DNA of 64,000 bases. Origin: an uncultured Methanolobus sp. (lineage in GTDB: Archaea; Halobacteriota; Methanosarcinia; Methanosarcinales; Methanosarcinaceae). Shown one piece after another: positions 22,765-31,826 of this stretch (position 1 is the first letter of the stretch; each line of letters begins with the position of its first letter). The DNA lies in assembly GCA_963675495.1 (NCBI GenBank), contig OY776215.1, positions 2,624,001 through 2,688,000 on the forward strand, given 5' to 3'. The translations under genes were made by a program, and so were the position numbers. The notes beneath the pieces were generated by a model. The model searched no databases, was not told the DNA's origin, and worked only from the letters and a program-made list of their open reading frames with translations.

Positions 22765-22844
22765 TAGGGCACTTTTCGGTCAAGAATGTTAATATTTGGT
22801 TAACACCATGATTTTTTGGTTAAAAACAGTATTCTTCGGTCAAG
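22765..22844 (+). repeat. Four TTYGGTYAA motifs at exact 20-bp spacing
   Basis: TTCGGTCAA 22775, TTTGGTTAA 22795, TTTGGTTAA 22815, TTCGGTCAA 22835. Confidence 0.8.
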
Positions 22845-23000
22845 CTGAGAAATATGGTGACGCTTGCTCCATATTCTTGACTGCATCTATTAAAAAAATA
22901 GGAACGTATGTGATTTACTGTTGGTTGTAAATCAGATTCAAATTAAAAAAGTGAATTTAATGAACCAATTTGAAGTTGATTCATTTCAGATGCTATTAGC

Positions 23001-23218
23001 ATGAGGATTGATGGGGAGGTATTAGAGCTTCAGAGAGCACAGACTTTCATTGATGGGGGTGTTTCAAGCAGTGGTTATTGGCTTTGACTCCAAAGGATGC
23101 TAGAGAATTTGGGATTAAGCACAGGAGCACTCTATAGAGGATGAAAGACAGGGCTCTGAGTGATGGGAAGTTCAATTTCAGGACAAAGGAGGTGAGGAAG
23201 TTGGCAAGTGGATTTTGA
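23001..23218 (+). pseudogene. Relic of an HTH-bearing C-terminus resembling casposon-type PolB/Cas1 tails
   Basis: IDGEVLELQRAQTFID [frameshift] FKQWLLALTPKDAREFGIKHRSTL*RMKDRALSDGKFNFRTKEVRKL; family assignment from recall only. Confidence 0.5.
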
Positions 23219-23333
23219 CACTTGCCTTTTTTAGTATATTTATATTTTTTTCCCCTCATATAACCAATCCTGAATCAGCATGTTGCATTGCAACTTTTGT
23301 ATCATACTTTTCCTAAAATATGTGCAATTCCGA

Positions 23334-23529
23334 TTTGACAGAGAATTATATCATAACAGAAATCTGGTTGAAACGATGTTCTCTATTCTGAAAAAAAATA
23401 TGGTAAAGAAATAAGGGCAAAAAGGTATTGAATCAGCTAAAAGAAGTCAAGTTCAAGCTATTAGTTCATAACCTTGACATACTTGTTAAAGTTATATTTG
23501 CTGTGAATATGAGAATTTTTTCAGAACCA
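23334..23529 (+). pseudogene. 3' fragment of an IS5/IS4-superfamily DDE transposase
   Basis: YREK motif YHNRNLVETMFSILK, then frameshifted [10 protein letters not shown] and [15 protein letters not shown]. Confidence 0.8.
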
Positions 23530-23715
23530 AATTTTAAGTATATTTTCAAGGCATATGGTGATGATGATGAGCATCATATTTTTTTGTTATGCAATATGCT
23601 TATATGCAACAAAATTGAAGGAAAAGTAACTATAAACTTCTATTGTGCATTATTTTTTCTTTGATGCATAATATGGGGAATAGTGTGTGAATATGGTATA
23701 AAAGGTGGTATCGAA

Positions 23716-24657
23716 ATGAATTTAAAGCACAATTTACGAAAAATAATACTTTTAACTATAATTCTGATATCTCTCACATCAGTTGCTTGCGCACCGGGAA
23801 TATTGGGGTACAAATATCAGGAACTGGGTGACGGATCTGACTATTTGAATCATGCGCTCGAAGGATGGAATATTTATTTGTACAACAAGGAATTACCTGA
23901 GGGTGTAGCTCCATCTATTGGTGGCGAAGGTTATCTAGCACATAGGGTCACAAATTCAGATGGTTATTTCTCTTTTTGGAGTACCAGTGGTCTTTCATAT
24001 GGCAATACCTATTATGTTTATGAGGAACGCCAATCTGGATGGACACAGCTTACTGGGGGAATCTACCCTGCAGATAGTTACTATATAGTGACTCTTGAGG
24101 ATACGCCCGAAAATCATCGATTCGAGACTGCAAACTTCGTTAACTGGGAAAATGGTGAAGAATGTGGCGATGAAACTGCTTGGGCAGCTCAAGATGAGCC
24201 GGGGGTAAACCGATTTGTTGATAAAGGAAATTGGGGCACCTATGTGCTATACAATAAAGGTGACGGTGAAGAAAATGGACCTATGATCTACCCTCTATAT
24301 GCGGGACAGACACATCTAGCCGGCTATCTTTATGTCTATGATGTAAAAGATACCCTATATGTAAGGTATGTTTCATCTCTTATGGACAGCGATTATATGG
24401 GTGGATACACTGGTGCATGGATTGGAATGACTGAGTATCATCTACAGGTAGTTGACAACTTTGCTGATTTCAGGGCTAATGGATACACAAACAAAAAAGG
24501 TAACCCAAGACCTGGACAGTTTGATTACTCAGAGGAATATGATGAAGCAACCGATGATACTGGCTATATCAAAATCCCTATAGGTGGATATGATGAAGAG
24601 ATTCACATAGCTGCTCATAGTGTCATGTGCTGGTCAGGTTTTCCTAAAACATTGTAA
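23716..24657 (+). CDS. Secreted protein with SdrD/Cna-B-like N-terminal domain; cargo of the TIR element
   Basis: GGTGG RBS, signal peptide, LEGWNIYLY..TNSDGYFSF..YYVYEERQSGWTQLT; second domain ETAWA..PLYAGQ..PGQF..IAAHS. Confidence 0.75.
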   Translation: MNLKHNLRKIILLTIILISLTSVACAPGILGYKYQELGDGSDYLNHALEGWNIYLYNKELPEGVAPSIGGEGYLAHRVTNSDGYFSFWSTSGLSYGNTYYVYEERQSGWTQLTGGIYPADSYYIVTLEDTPENHRFETANFVNWENGEECGDETAWAAQDEPGVNRFVDKGNWGTYVLYNKGDGEENGPMIYPLYAGQTHLAGYLYVYDVKDTLYVRYVSSLMDSDYMGGYTGAWIGMTEYHLQVVDNFADFRANGYTNKKGNPRPGQFDYSEEYDEATDDTGYIKIPIGGYDEEIHIAAHSVMCWSGFPKTL

Positions 24658-25097
24658 TTGGCATTAGTAGTCAGGCATTTATCCTGACTTTTTTTCTTAT
24701 AATTTGTAAGCTTCAATAATTTATGCAGATCATTTTAGTTGCTTCATTCTCAATTGATTGTTCAGGAGGAATACTCTTCTTTTTCACTTTTTTAAAATTT
24801 GTAATCTAGCAAAAATAATGATTGATTAATTACCGTTGCGTTTTTTGGTTATTACTATTACCCCAAATGACTCTTCGAGATGTTGTATTCGAACCTGATT
24901 CAAGAATAAATGAAATATATTAATCAAAACTTGACAGGACACATTCGATTCTATTCATTCTGAAAATATGGGGAATCTTATTTTTAATCTGTATCAACTA
25001 ATTAAATGTGTTCTGTGTAATTTTCAATCTAAGTGCTTTTTCGGACAAAGCGGTTAATTTAAAAAAGTTTATATATGAACTGTTCAAACCAAGCAAC

Positions 25098-26183
25098 ATG
25101 TTTTTGAATGAAACTATTCCGCTCTACATCAATAAGTTCGTAAGTTCCCAATCCGGGGTATTGGGGTCGGACATTACGGCGGCCACAATTGTGATAGTGG
25201 CCTCTGTTATCCTTGCTTTTATTGCAGATCTTGTGTTTGAGAAGATTTTCCTGCGTTATGCTGCAAAAACAAGGTATGATTGTGATGATCTGATTGTGAA
25301 AGCATTCAAAAAGCCAATTTTCTACACAGTATCCTTTTTTGGTGTATTCATTGCTGTAGAAATTCTATTTCCGGGAAATCTTGTGATAGAAGTAATAATG
25401 GGCTTACTCCTTACAGTTCTTGGCATCGTATGGATACTGGCTCTTTTGCGTATCAATAGAATCCTTTTCGAACATGTATTTTCAAGTCTTGTCAGGAAAA
25501 CCGATTCTAAGATGGATGATGAGCTGCTCCCGCTCTTTAAGAACATCATTAATGTCCTTATCGTCTTCTTTGGTTTCCTTGCAATACTCAAAGGTGTATG
25601 GGATGCGGACATATTGCCTCTTTTTGCTTCGGCAGGAATTGTAGGTCTGGCTGTTGCCTTTGCAGCACAGGACACAATATCCCAGTTCTTTGGTGGTCTT
25701 TCCATTTACTTTGACCAACCATTCAAGCCAGGGGATAGGATAGAGATCGATGATGGTGAGATAGGTATTGTTCAGGAAGTCGGGCTTCGTAGTACAAGGA
25801 TAAAGAATCTTGAGAACAACATGATAGTGATACCCAACAGCCTGATAGCGAACAGTAAAGTGACTAATTACACTTCACCTGAGGAATTCATGTTGGTAAA
25901 AGTGACAATTGGTGTTGCATATGGTTCTGATGTTCAGAAGGTTAAGGACATTCTTACGGGGATTGCAGAAAGTGTAGATTCTGTTCTTGATGATCCATCT
26001 CCTTATGTCCGATTTGACAATCACGGTGATTTCAGTCTTGATTTTGCCATAGTAATGTGGGTAACTCATCCGGGTGAAAAATTCCCGGTTATCAATGAGG
26101 TAAACACAAAGATCAATGCAGAGTTTGAAAAAGCAGGAATAGATATTCCATTCCCTGTTCGAACTATTATTCATCAACATTGA
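25098..26183 (+). CDS. mscS: Small-conductance mechanosensitive channel (MscS family)
   Basis: AGIVGLAVAFAAQDT, DQPFKPGDRI, VGLRSTRI, IPNS, IGVAYGSD, GIDIPFP. Confidence 0.93.
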   Translation: MFLNETIPLYINKFVSSQSGVLGSDITAATIVIVASVILAFIADLVFEKIFLRYAAKTRYDCDDLIVKAFKKPIFYTVSFFGVFIAVEILFPGNLVIEVIMGLLLTVLGIVWILALLRINRILFEHVFSSLVRKTDSKMDDELLPLFKNIINVLIVFFGFLAILKGVWDADILPLFASAGIVGLAVAFAAQDTISQFFGGLSIYFDQPFKPGDRIEIDDGEIGIVQEVGLRSTRIKNLENNMIVIPNSLIANSKVTNYTSPEEFMLVKVTIGVAYGSDVQKVKDILTGIAESVDSVLDDPSPYVRFDNHGDFSLDFAIVMWVTHPGEKFPVINEVNTKINAEFEKAGIDIPFPVRTIIHQH

Positions 26184-26189
26184 AGTAGC

Positions 26190-26210
26190 TTGCAGGAAAT
26201 TCTCCTGCAA
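26190..26210. terminator. Hairpin between convergent mscS and cutA
   Basis: TTGCAGGA / TCCTGCAA inverted repeat followed by T-rich tract. Confidence 0.5.
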
Positions 26211-26250
26211 TTTTATAATTTAGTTGTACCTTGGTTACATGGGGATTAAC

Positions 26251-26556
26251 TTATTCTGTAGCTTCAGCTATCCATTTGAGGTATTCCTTTTCACCACTGA
26301 TCTTCCAGGATATTATTGCTGGTAGTTCATAGCTGTGAATGGTTTTTATGTATTGTATGACAGAATTTACGTTGTTGCTTGTGGTTTTTACAGAAAGTGC
26401 TATTTCTCTTTCTTCCTCTACCGTTCCTTCCCATATATAAACCGAATCAATAGGATGCATATTGACGCAGGCAGCAAGCTTTTGCTCAACAAGGTTGGAG
26501 GCGATTGTTTTTGCTTCTTCTTTGTTTTTTGTTGTTGTATAAACTATGGAAAACAT
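26251..26556 (-). CDS. cutA: Divalent-cation tolerance protein CutA
   Basis: LVEQKLAACVN..SVYIWEG..HSYELPAII..YLKWI. Confidence 0.93.
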   Translation of the reverse strand: MFSIVYTTTKNKEEAKTIASNLVEQKLAACVNMHPIDSVYIWEGTVEEEREIALSVKTTSNNVNSVIQYIKTIHSYELPAIISWKISGEKEYLKWIAEATE

Positions 26557-26616
26557 TGTATATCGCACCTTGGCTTTTAAAAAATGATTATATATTTTTA
26601 GTTCCTATTTATATTA

Positions 26617-27135
26617 ATGGCAACTAGTAATTCTTCTATTTATCGTGAGGTCCAGAAATTCAATCAATTCTGGATATGGGTACTTGTTCTTTTACCAGCT
26701 GCAATGGCATGGTATGGTGCAATCGAGCAATTGGTCTATGGTCGTCCGTATGGGGACAATCCCACTTCAAATGAGGGGATGTTTGCCATATGGCTTGGCA
26801 TTGGTGTTCTTCTTCCTCTGTTTATAATGTCTATTCGCCTGGTAATTGATGTTAGGAATGACGGCATACACATAAAGTTCTTCCCAATTCATCTTTCATT
26901 CAAACATTACTCCTTTGAAACAATTGCTGCTTATAGTGTTATCACTTACAGGCCAATTCTTGATTATGGGGGATGGGGTATAAGGTATGGCTCGAAAGGT
27001 AAAGCTTATAACATACGTGGCAACAGGGGACTGCTTATTGAATTTAAGGAAGGCAAACATCTGATGCTGGGTTCTCAGGAACCGGAAATTCTTAAAATGG
27101 CTATTGATCAGGGACAAAATAGGAATATGGACTGA
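26617..27135 (+). CDS. Membrane protein (DUF6141-like)
   Basis: YREVQKFNQFW, two TM helices, YRPILDYGGWGIRYG..KAYNIRGNRG. Confidence 0.8.
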   Translation: MATSNSSIYREVQKFNQFWIWVLVLLPAAMAWYGAIEQLVYGRPYGDNPTSNEGMFAIWLGIGVLLPLFIMSIRLVIDVRNDGIHIKFFPIHLSFKHYSFETIAAYSVITYRPILDYGGWGIRYGSKGKAYNIRGNRGLLIEFKEGKHLMLGSQEPEILKMAIDQGQNRNMD

Positions 27136-27408
27136 TTTCTTTCATTTTCCTCATTTTCATACAAATTATGATATTTCCTACGTGCCATTGGTTTATTCCT
27201 ACATTTCATGTGTTTATGCTCATACGTGTATGTTCTTTATTTTTGCATTAATCGATGTATGTAATTCTTTTACACAATCTGGGATGAAATAATATGAAAT
27301 GTATTTTTGTATTTGTTTGATATTTCAAGTTTGAAATATACAACAGAACATATTCTTTTTAAGGTATACACACATTTATTTTTTATGGGTGTAGTTACTC
27401 TATATTAT

Positions 27409-27717
27409 ATGGACAATGAGTTGAATGAACTGGAGGATATTGATCTGGAATCTTATACTCCGCCAATTTCAAAAAAAGATATCATTGACATTATTATTGC
27501 TTATGATATCCGATTTATAAGGAATTTTGGATCTGATATGTTCTATGTTGAAATGGTTGATGGGGAGCCTCTTGTGCCCATGCATCCTAGAGGTGCCTAT
27601 CCAGCAGGCATAGAACGATTGTTTGATCTTATGGTCAGGGAAAGGATTAGCATGATAACTTATGTGGATGAGAAATTAATGAAATCCTATTTCCCGGTAA
27701 ACATTAATGATCTCTGA
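27409..27717 (+). CDS. Hypothetical protein
   Basis: Acidic ORF of about 102 aa; start uncertain. Confidence 0.6.
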   Translation: MDNELNELEDIDLESYTPPISKKDIIDIIIAYDIRFIRNFGSDMFYVEMVDGEPLVPMHPRGAYPAGIERLFDLMVRERISMITYVDEKLMKSYFPVNINDL

Positions 27718-27855
27718 TATGTAACTGCCTTGCCAATTGTCACGATTTGGAAAATTATATATATCATTCATATGATTAAGGTCTGCTATCCGGGTTTACG
27801 TTAAAGCCGGCACTTCACAGTTTACATAACTTTTATCATAATCGGGTTGATGTTA

Positions 27856-28569
27856 ATGGTATTTCCTGTTGTATGGGTATATTGGGTATTTAGTCTCACA
27901 ATTGTCACTTATGTATCTGCATTTATCATTAATAGATACAGAGAATATGGTTTTGCTGCATTAGTGGCATTTTATACAATTTACCTTGCGGCTTCTCAGA
28001 TAGTGGCAACCCGTTTAATAGAATTTGATCTTGGATTCTACACTTTCTTTGCCCCTGCCGCAGTGTTTCTTTACCCTTTCCTTTCACAGGCAATTGACAT
28101 GATAAATGAGGTATATGGTAAGAAAAAAGCTCATATTGCCATTATCATTGCTTTTGTAACGCAGGTTTTGCTGGTGACATTTATTGTCATGACCAATAGT
28201 CTTACTCCTGCTCCTTTTTTTGAGTATGAGGCTGCCTGGCAGAGCATATTCACACAGGGGATAAGGATAGTCCTTGCATCATGGGTCTCTTTCCTCGTAT
28301 TCCAGAATCTTGATGCCTATGTGTTTGCATGGATGAAAACACATTATCCAAAGCAGGTATTCTTAAGGAGTGCATCAAGTGATATATTGAGCTTAACACT
28401 TGACAGTTTTATATTTGTGGTACTTGCTTTTTATGGAGTTGCCCCACTTGTTCCTCTTATCATTGGGCAGATAGTGGCTAAGAATCTAATTGGACTACTT
28501 GATACTCCCTGGTTTATGTGGTATAAAAGATATTTGGAAAACAATGCTTACAGTGACGATAATCCATGA
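27856..28569 (+). CDS. Queuosine-precursor transporter family (YhhQ/DUF165)
   Basis: Multiple TM helices; FLYPFLSQAIDMINEVYG, RIVLASWVSFLVFQNLD, LDSFIFVVLAF. Confidence 0.88.
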   Translation: MVFPVVWVYWVFSLTIVTYVSAFIINRYREYGFAALVAFYTIYLAASQIVATRLIEFDLGFYTFFAPAAVFLYPFLSQAIDMINEVYGKKKAHIAIIIAFVTQVLLVTFIVMTNSLTPAPFFEYEAAWQSIFTQGIRIVLASWVSFLVFQNLDAYVFAWMKTHYPKQVFLRSASSDILSLTLDSFIFVVLAFYGVAPLVPLIIGQIVAKNLIGLLDTPWFMWYKRYLENNAYSDDNP

Positions 28570-28639
28570 TGTGTATTCTTGTGGATCTCGTTAGAAACAA
28601 TTATTTATATGATTGGATTCAATAAAAATAAAGAATGAC

Positions 28640-29050
28640 ATGAATTCATTATATACCTTAAGGGATTGGTTCTATGAGTGCGATAGGTTCTTGTTCCTAG
28701 CAGAGGTTCATTACCATAAGGAAAATGTTATTCCTTCTGAACATAAGTTTACTCATGAACTGACAAGTTCCAGTTTGGAAGCTATGTTGAGCAGTATTAT
28801 GGGTTTGATAAAAGAAGCTGATAGATCTGCAAATTTTGATATATGTATTTATCAGGATGAGATAGCATCTTTGAAAGAAACACTTGATAATATATCATCT
28901 GGCAGATGGAATAACATGGATATTGAATGTGTTTTAAAAGCACAGGAAATAGTCCATGTACTTGCCGATGCTGTAAATGCCGATATTCTTCAAAACAATG
29001 AATCTCGTGGGCATCCTCCCATTTACAATGCATGTAAGATCAAGGAATAA
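28640..29050 (+). CDS. Hypothetical protein
   Basis: Helical ORF directly after the transporter; alternative start at 28613. Confidence 0.6.
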   Translation: MNSLYTLRDWFYECDRFLFLAEVHYHKENVIPSEHKFTHELTSSSLEAMLSSIMGLIKEADRSANFDICIYQDEIASLKETLDNISSGRWNNMDIECVLKAQEIVHVLADAVNADILQNNESRGHPPIYNACKIKE

Positions 29051-29054
29051 CATC

Positions 29055-30251
29055 CTATATTTTATTGTTTCTGATCATAGTTGAAGAAGTGCCATCATCA
29101 TTATACCAATTGGTTGGTACTATATCACAGATATTCGGAATTTCCATATCATGATCAATATCTGCATTTTTTCTATTGAATATCATAAATCTAACATTGT
29201 ATTTTTGAAAATGTTCTAGCAGACTCTGTTTATTTTCTCCATTTCTGTAATATTTCTCATTGAAAAGCCTGTTGAGGGTATCTGTGCCTATTAGGAACAC
29301 AGAATTTGGGAAAAGTACTGCCTTGTCTGCGAATAAGGGCGAGTTTGTGAGATAAATATTCCCAATATAGTTTTCTTCCTGGTATCTGAGAAGTGAGTCA
29401 ATTCTGTTTTTAAGCGAAATAAAATCAATTGGTGGTTTATCCACATTGGCCAGTGAAATTTCGAAATCAACAGGTTCCTTATATATATGGGCAGCAATTT
29501 TTGCCATTTCAATATGATTTTTATGGCATGGGTTAAAGGAACCTGAAAAAATGATCTTAGGTTTGTTATCATTTATTCCCAGATCGACCTTCAAAGGTTC
29601 ACTACAATTTTCAGAATTAATGTTCTCCAGAGTTTTTAATAACAATTCTGCCACTGGTAAATCTGCTTCATTTTCATTGTTGACAATTTCTTTCACAATT
29701 GTATTTTTAAAGCTATTACCTTCTAATTTTTTATCTGGATTGCAGACAGCTGCCATATTTTCAATAATGAAGTCGGATGCGATCTTTTCCTGTTCTTCTC
29801 TGCTGGTATTCTCTTTTAAGAACAGACTTGATGTAATTGTTTTTAGGTATGACTGAGAAGCAAAGTGAACCTCATGTTGCCTGCCTTCGCGTTCATTTGT
29901 ATTTTTTCTCAGTTTGCAGGTAACTCCAATACCTATCAAAGTTTCATAGTATTTTTTATCCGGTTTTGGGTTCAGGTATAATGCACGTCTGAAAGCTGAC
30001 ATTGCCATATCTTTTGCAGTATCCGTAGAAGCATATTCCGATGGTTCTTTTCCGATGTATTTTTTCAGAGACTCTTTGCTATAAGGGACAATTGCTTCAA
30101 TGATCGTATCTGATCCTTTTCCGTAGCGTAACAATTCTCCTATAGATTCTGTTCCCCCGCCGGTTATTGCCAATACGATCATAAGTGGCGAGTCGTGTAT
30201 CATCCTGATTACTCCGGGAATAGTTGTTTCGTCCTTATTTTTGTGCATCAA
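29055..30251 (-). CDS. Fusion of a CinA/PncC-like N-terminal domain and a HIGH-superfamily nucleotidyltransferase
   Basis: AITGGG..GSDTIIEAIVPYS..MAMSAFRRA..GIGVT; IFSGSFNPCHKNH, FLIGTDT, SSTMIR. Confidence 0.75.
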   Translation of the reverse strand: MMHKNKDETTIPGVIRMIHDSPLMIVLAITGGGTESIGELLRYGKGSDTIIEAIVPYSKESLKKYIGKEPSEYASTDTAKDMAMSAFRRALYLNPKPDKKYYETLIGIGVTCKLRKNTNEREGRQHEVHFASQSYLKTITSSLFLKENTSREEQEKIASDFIIENMAAVCNPDKKLEGNSFKNTIVKEIVNNENEADLPVAELLLKTLENINSENCSEPLKVDLGINDNKPKIIFSGSFNPCHKNHIEMAKIAAHIYKEPVDFEISLANVDKPPIDFISLKNRIDSLLRYQEENYIGNIYLTNSPLFADKAVLFPNSVFLIGTDTLNRLFNEKYYRNGENKQSLLEHFQKYNVRFMIFNRKNADIDHDMEIPNICDIVPTNWYNDDGTSSTMIRNNKI

Positions 30252-30549
30252 GTTCCATCCCTTTGTGTAAAGTGTTTCTTATTACAAGGTATGCCTTTCA
30301 GACGTTTAATCTTTATATCTGTTTATCTACTTTTCTTGATTAATATCCAAAACATTATATATTTACATGGACAGTGCTGGCATATATGCGATACACTTTT
30401 ATAGATTAAATAATAATTAAAATATTATTGTCCATTTATTATATTATCATCATGTTTAGTAACTTGGAAACAAGTAGTTTTCTTCTTCGGAATGGCTACA
30501 TGTTGCATGTTATGATGGAAAGCAGAATTCAAATAACTTGAGGGAAAAA

Positions 30550-30921
30550 ATGTCTCATATACTTGTAATTGAAGATAATCCTGTAAATATGGAACTTACT
30601 GTAGACCTTCTTGAGTCATATGAATATCAGGTTACTCCTGCAGAGGATGGATTCATCGCTCTGGAAAAAGTAAAGGAAAATTATTTCGATCTAATTCTTC
30701 TGGATATACAATTGCCTAAAATGGATGGATTGGAGGTACTTTCCCGTTTAAAGGATGATGAGGGTACTAAGGATATTCCTGTGATAGCTTTAACAGCTCA
30801 TTCTATGCGTGGTGATGACGAAAGGTTCATTGCAGCAGGTTGTATTGACTACATATCTAAACCAATTGATATTCACGCTTTCAAAGAAAAAATAAAATAT
30901 CATCTAGAAGCTTCGAACTGA
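30550..30921 (+). CDS. Single-domain response regulator (CheY/DivK-like)
   Basis: ILVIEDN, ILLDIQLPKMDG, IALTAH, YISKP. Confidence 0.93.
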   Translation: MSHILVIEDNPVNMELTVDLLESYEYQVTPAEDGFIALEKVKENYFDLILLDIQLPKMDGLEVLSRLKDDEGTKDIPVIALTAHSMRGDDERFIAAGCIDYISKPIDIHAFKEKIKYHLEASN

Positions 30922-31211
30922 TAAATTAGGCGTATAAATAAAGGATTTTGGCGTAGCTCATGAAACTATGCCCAAATGTTTTTCTTTTTTAGTTTCATTT
31001 CCTATATTCTGTTACTTTTTTTAGACTTGATCGTGGGTCCTATTATTTTACAAATTAGAAGGGCTATTAAGCACAATAGTATCACTGAAAACCTGGGCCA
31101 AGAATCTGATTACTTTGATATTTAGCAGTTTTTTAAATGTACTGCCAATAAACTTTAAAATAATCAGTATCAGAAAAATGAAACTAAATAAGAATCAGGA
31201 GTTAAAAATTA

Positions 31212-31691
31212 TCATTCGGAAATGATATTGTCGATCTGCAATTCAAATTCGTTCCTGACTCCGTTCACATCGACGATGTAAGTTCCCTTTTCAAGACCAT
31301 ATACATCCAGTACAATTGTCTCTTCGTAAGGCACAATTGCTTCTGTGCACATTGTATCTGCTGGTCTTAGTGTTGTCATGTCTACGGCGAATATCTTTTC
31401 TTCCTTGTCAAATAGGACACTTTTCTCATGTATCTGGGTACATCCGTCTGGAAGATATCCTGTTGCTAGCACATGGACCTGAATCGGAAAAGATTCCAAG
31501 ATCAATATCTCTGTATCTTCAACAACCGCATCATTGTACACATATTCATCATTGGTTTGGTCACCGGTGTCTGTTTTGTTATCAGGAACTGCCGGAGGTT
31601 CAGCGCAGCCAAGGGAAAATGTTGCAATTGTTACAATGATTATTGTGAGTAATACAAAGATACCTACCAAAGTATTATTATTGGTTTTCAT
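31212..31691 (-). CDS. Lipoprotein of unknown function
   Basis: Lipobox SLGC; ILESFPIQV..GYLPDGC..CTEA..GTYIVDVNG. Confidence 0.75.
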   Translation of the reverse strand: MKTNNNTLVGIFVLLTIIIVTIATFSLGCAEPPAVPDNKTDTGDQTNDEYVYNDAVVEDTEILILESFPIQVHVLATGYLPDGCTQIHEKSVLFDKEEKIFAVDMTTLRPADTMCTEAIVPYEETIVLDVYGLEKGTYIVDVNGVRNEFELQIDNIISE

Positions 31692-31826
31692 AAACTTCCT
31701 CTTAAGCCCCCATTATCAAAATGTCACTCCCTGCATAAATGTGTTGCTTAAACTGCGAATTCGTTCGAAGTTAAGGTGCCTGATCAATAGCACTACAACA
31801 TTTTTTTTGGATTAAAGGCCTCAGGT

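Larger units (their letters stand above)
22749..25052. mobile_element. Non-autonomous 2304-bp element with terminal inverted repeats and a 9-bp flanking direct repeat
   Basis: CACTTTGTCCGAAAAA (22749-22764) / TTTTTCGGACAAAGCG (25037-25052), 15/16 match; GTTAATTTA immediately outside both ends (22740-22748, 25053-25061). Confidence 0.8.

Noticed and set aside
25008-25097. Longer mscS N-terminus
   Set aside because: It crosses the element's right TIR and the TATA box; ATG 25098 is more plausible
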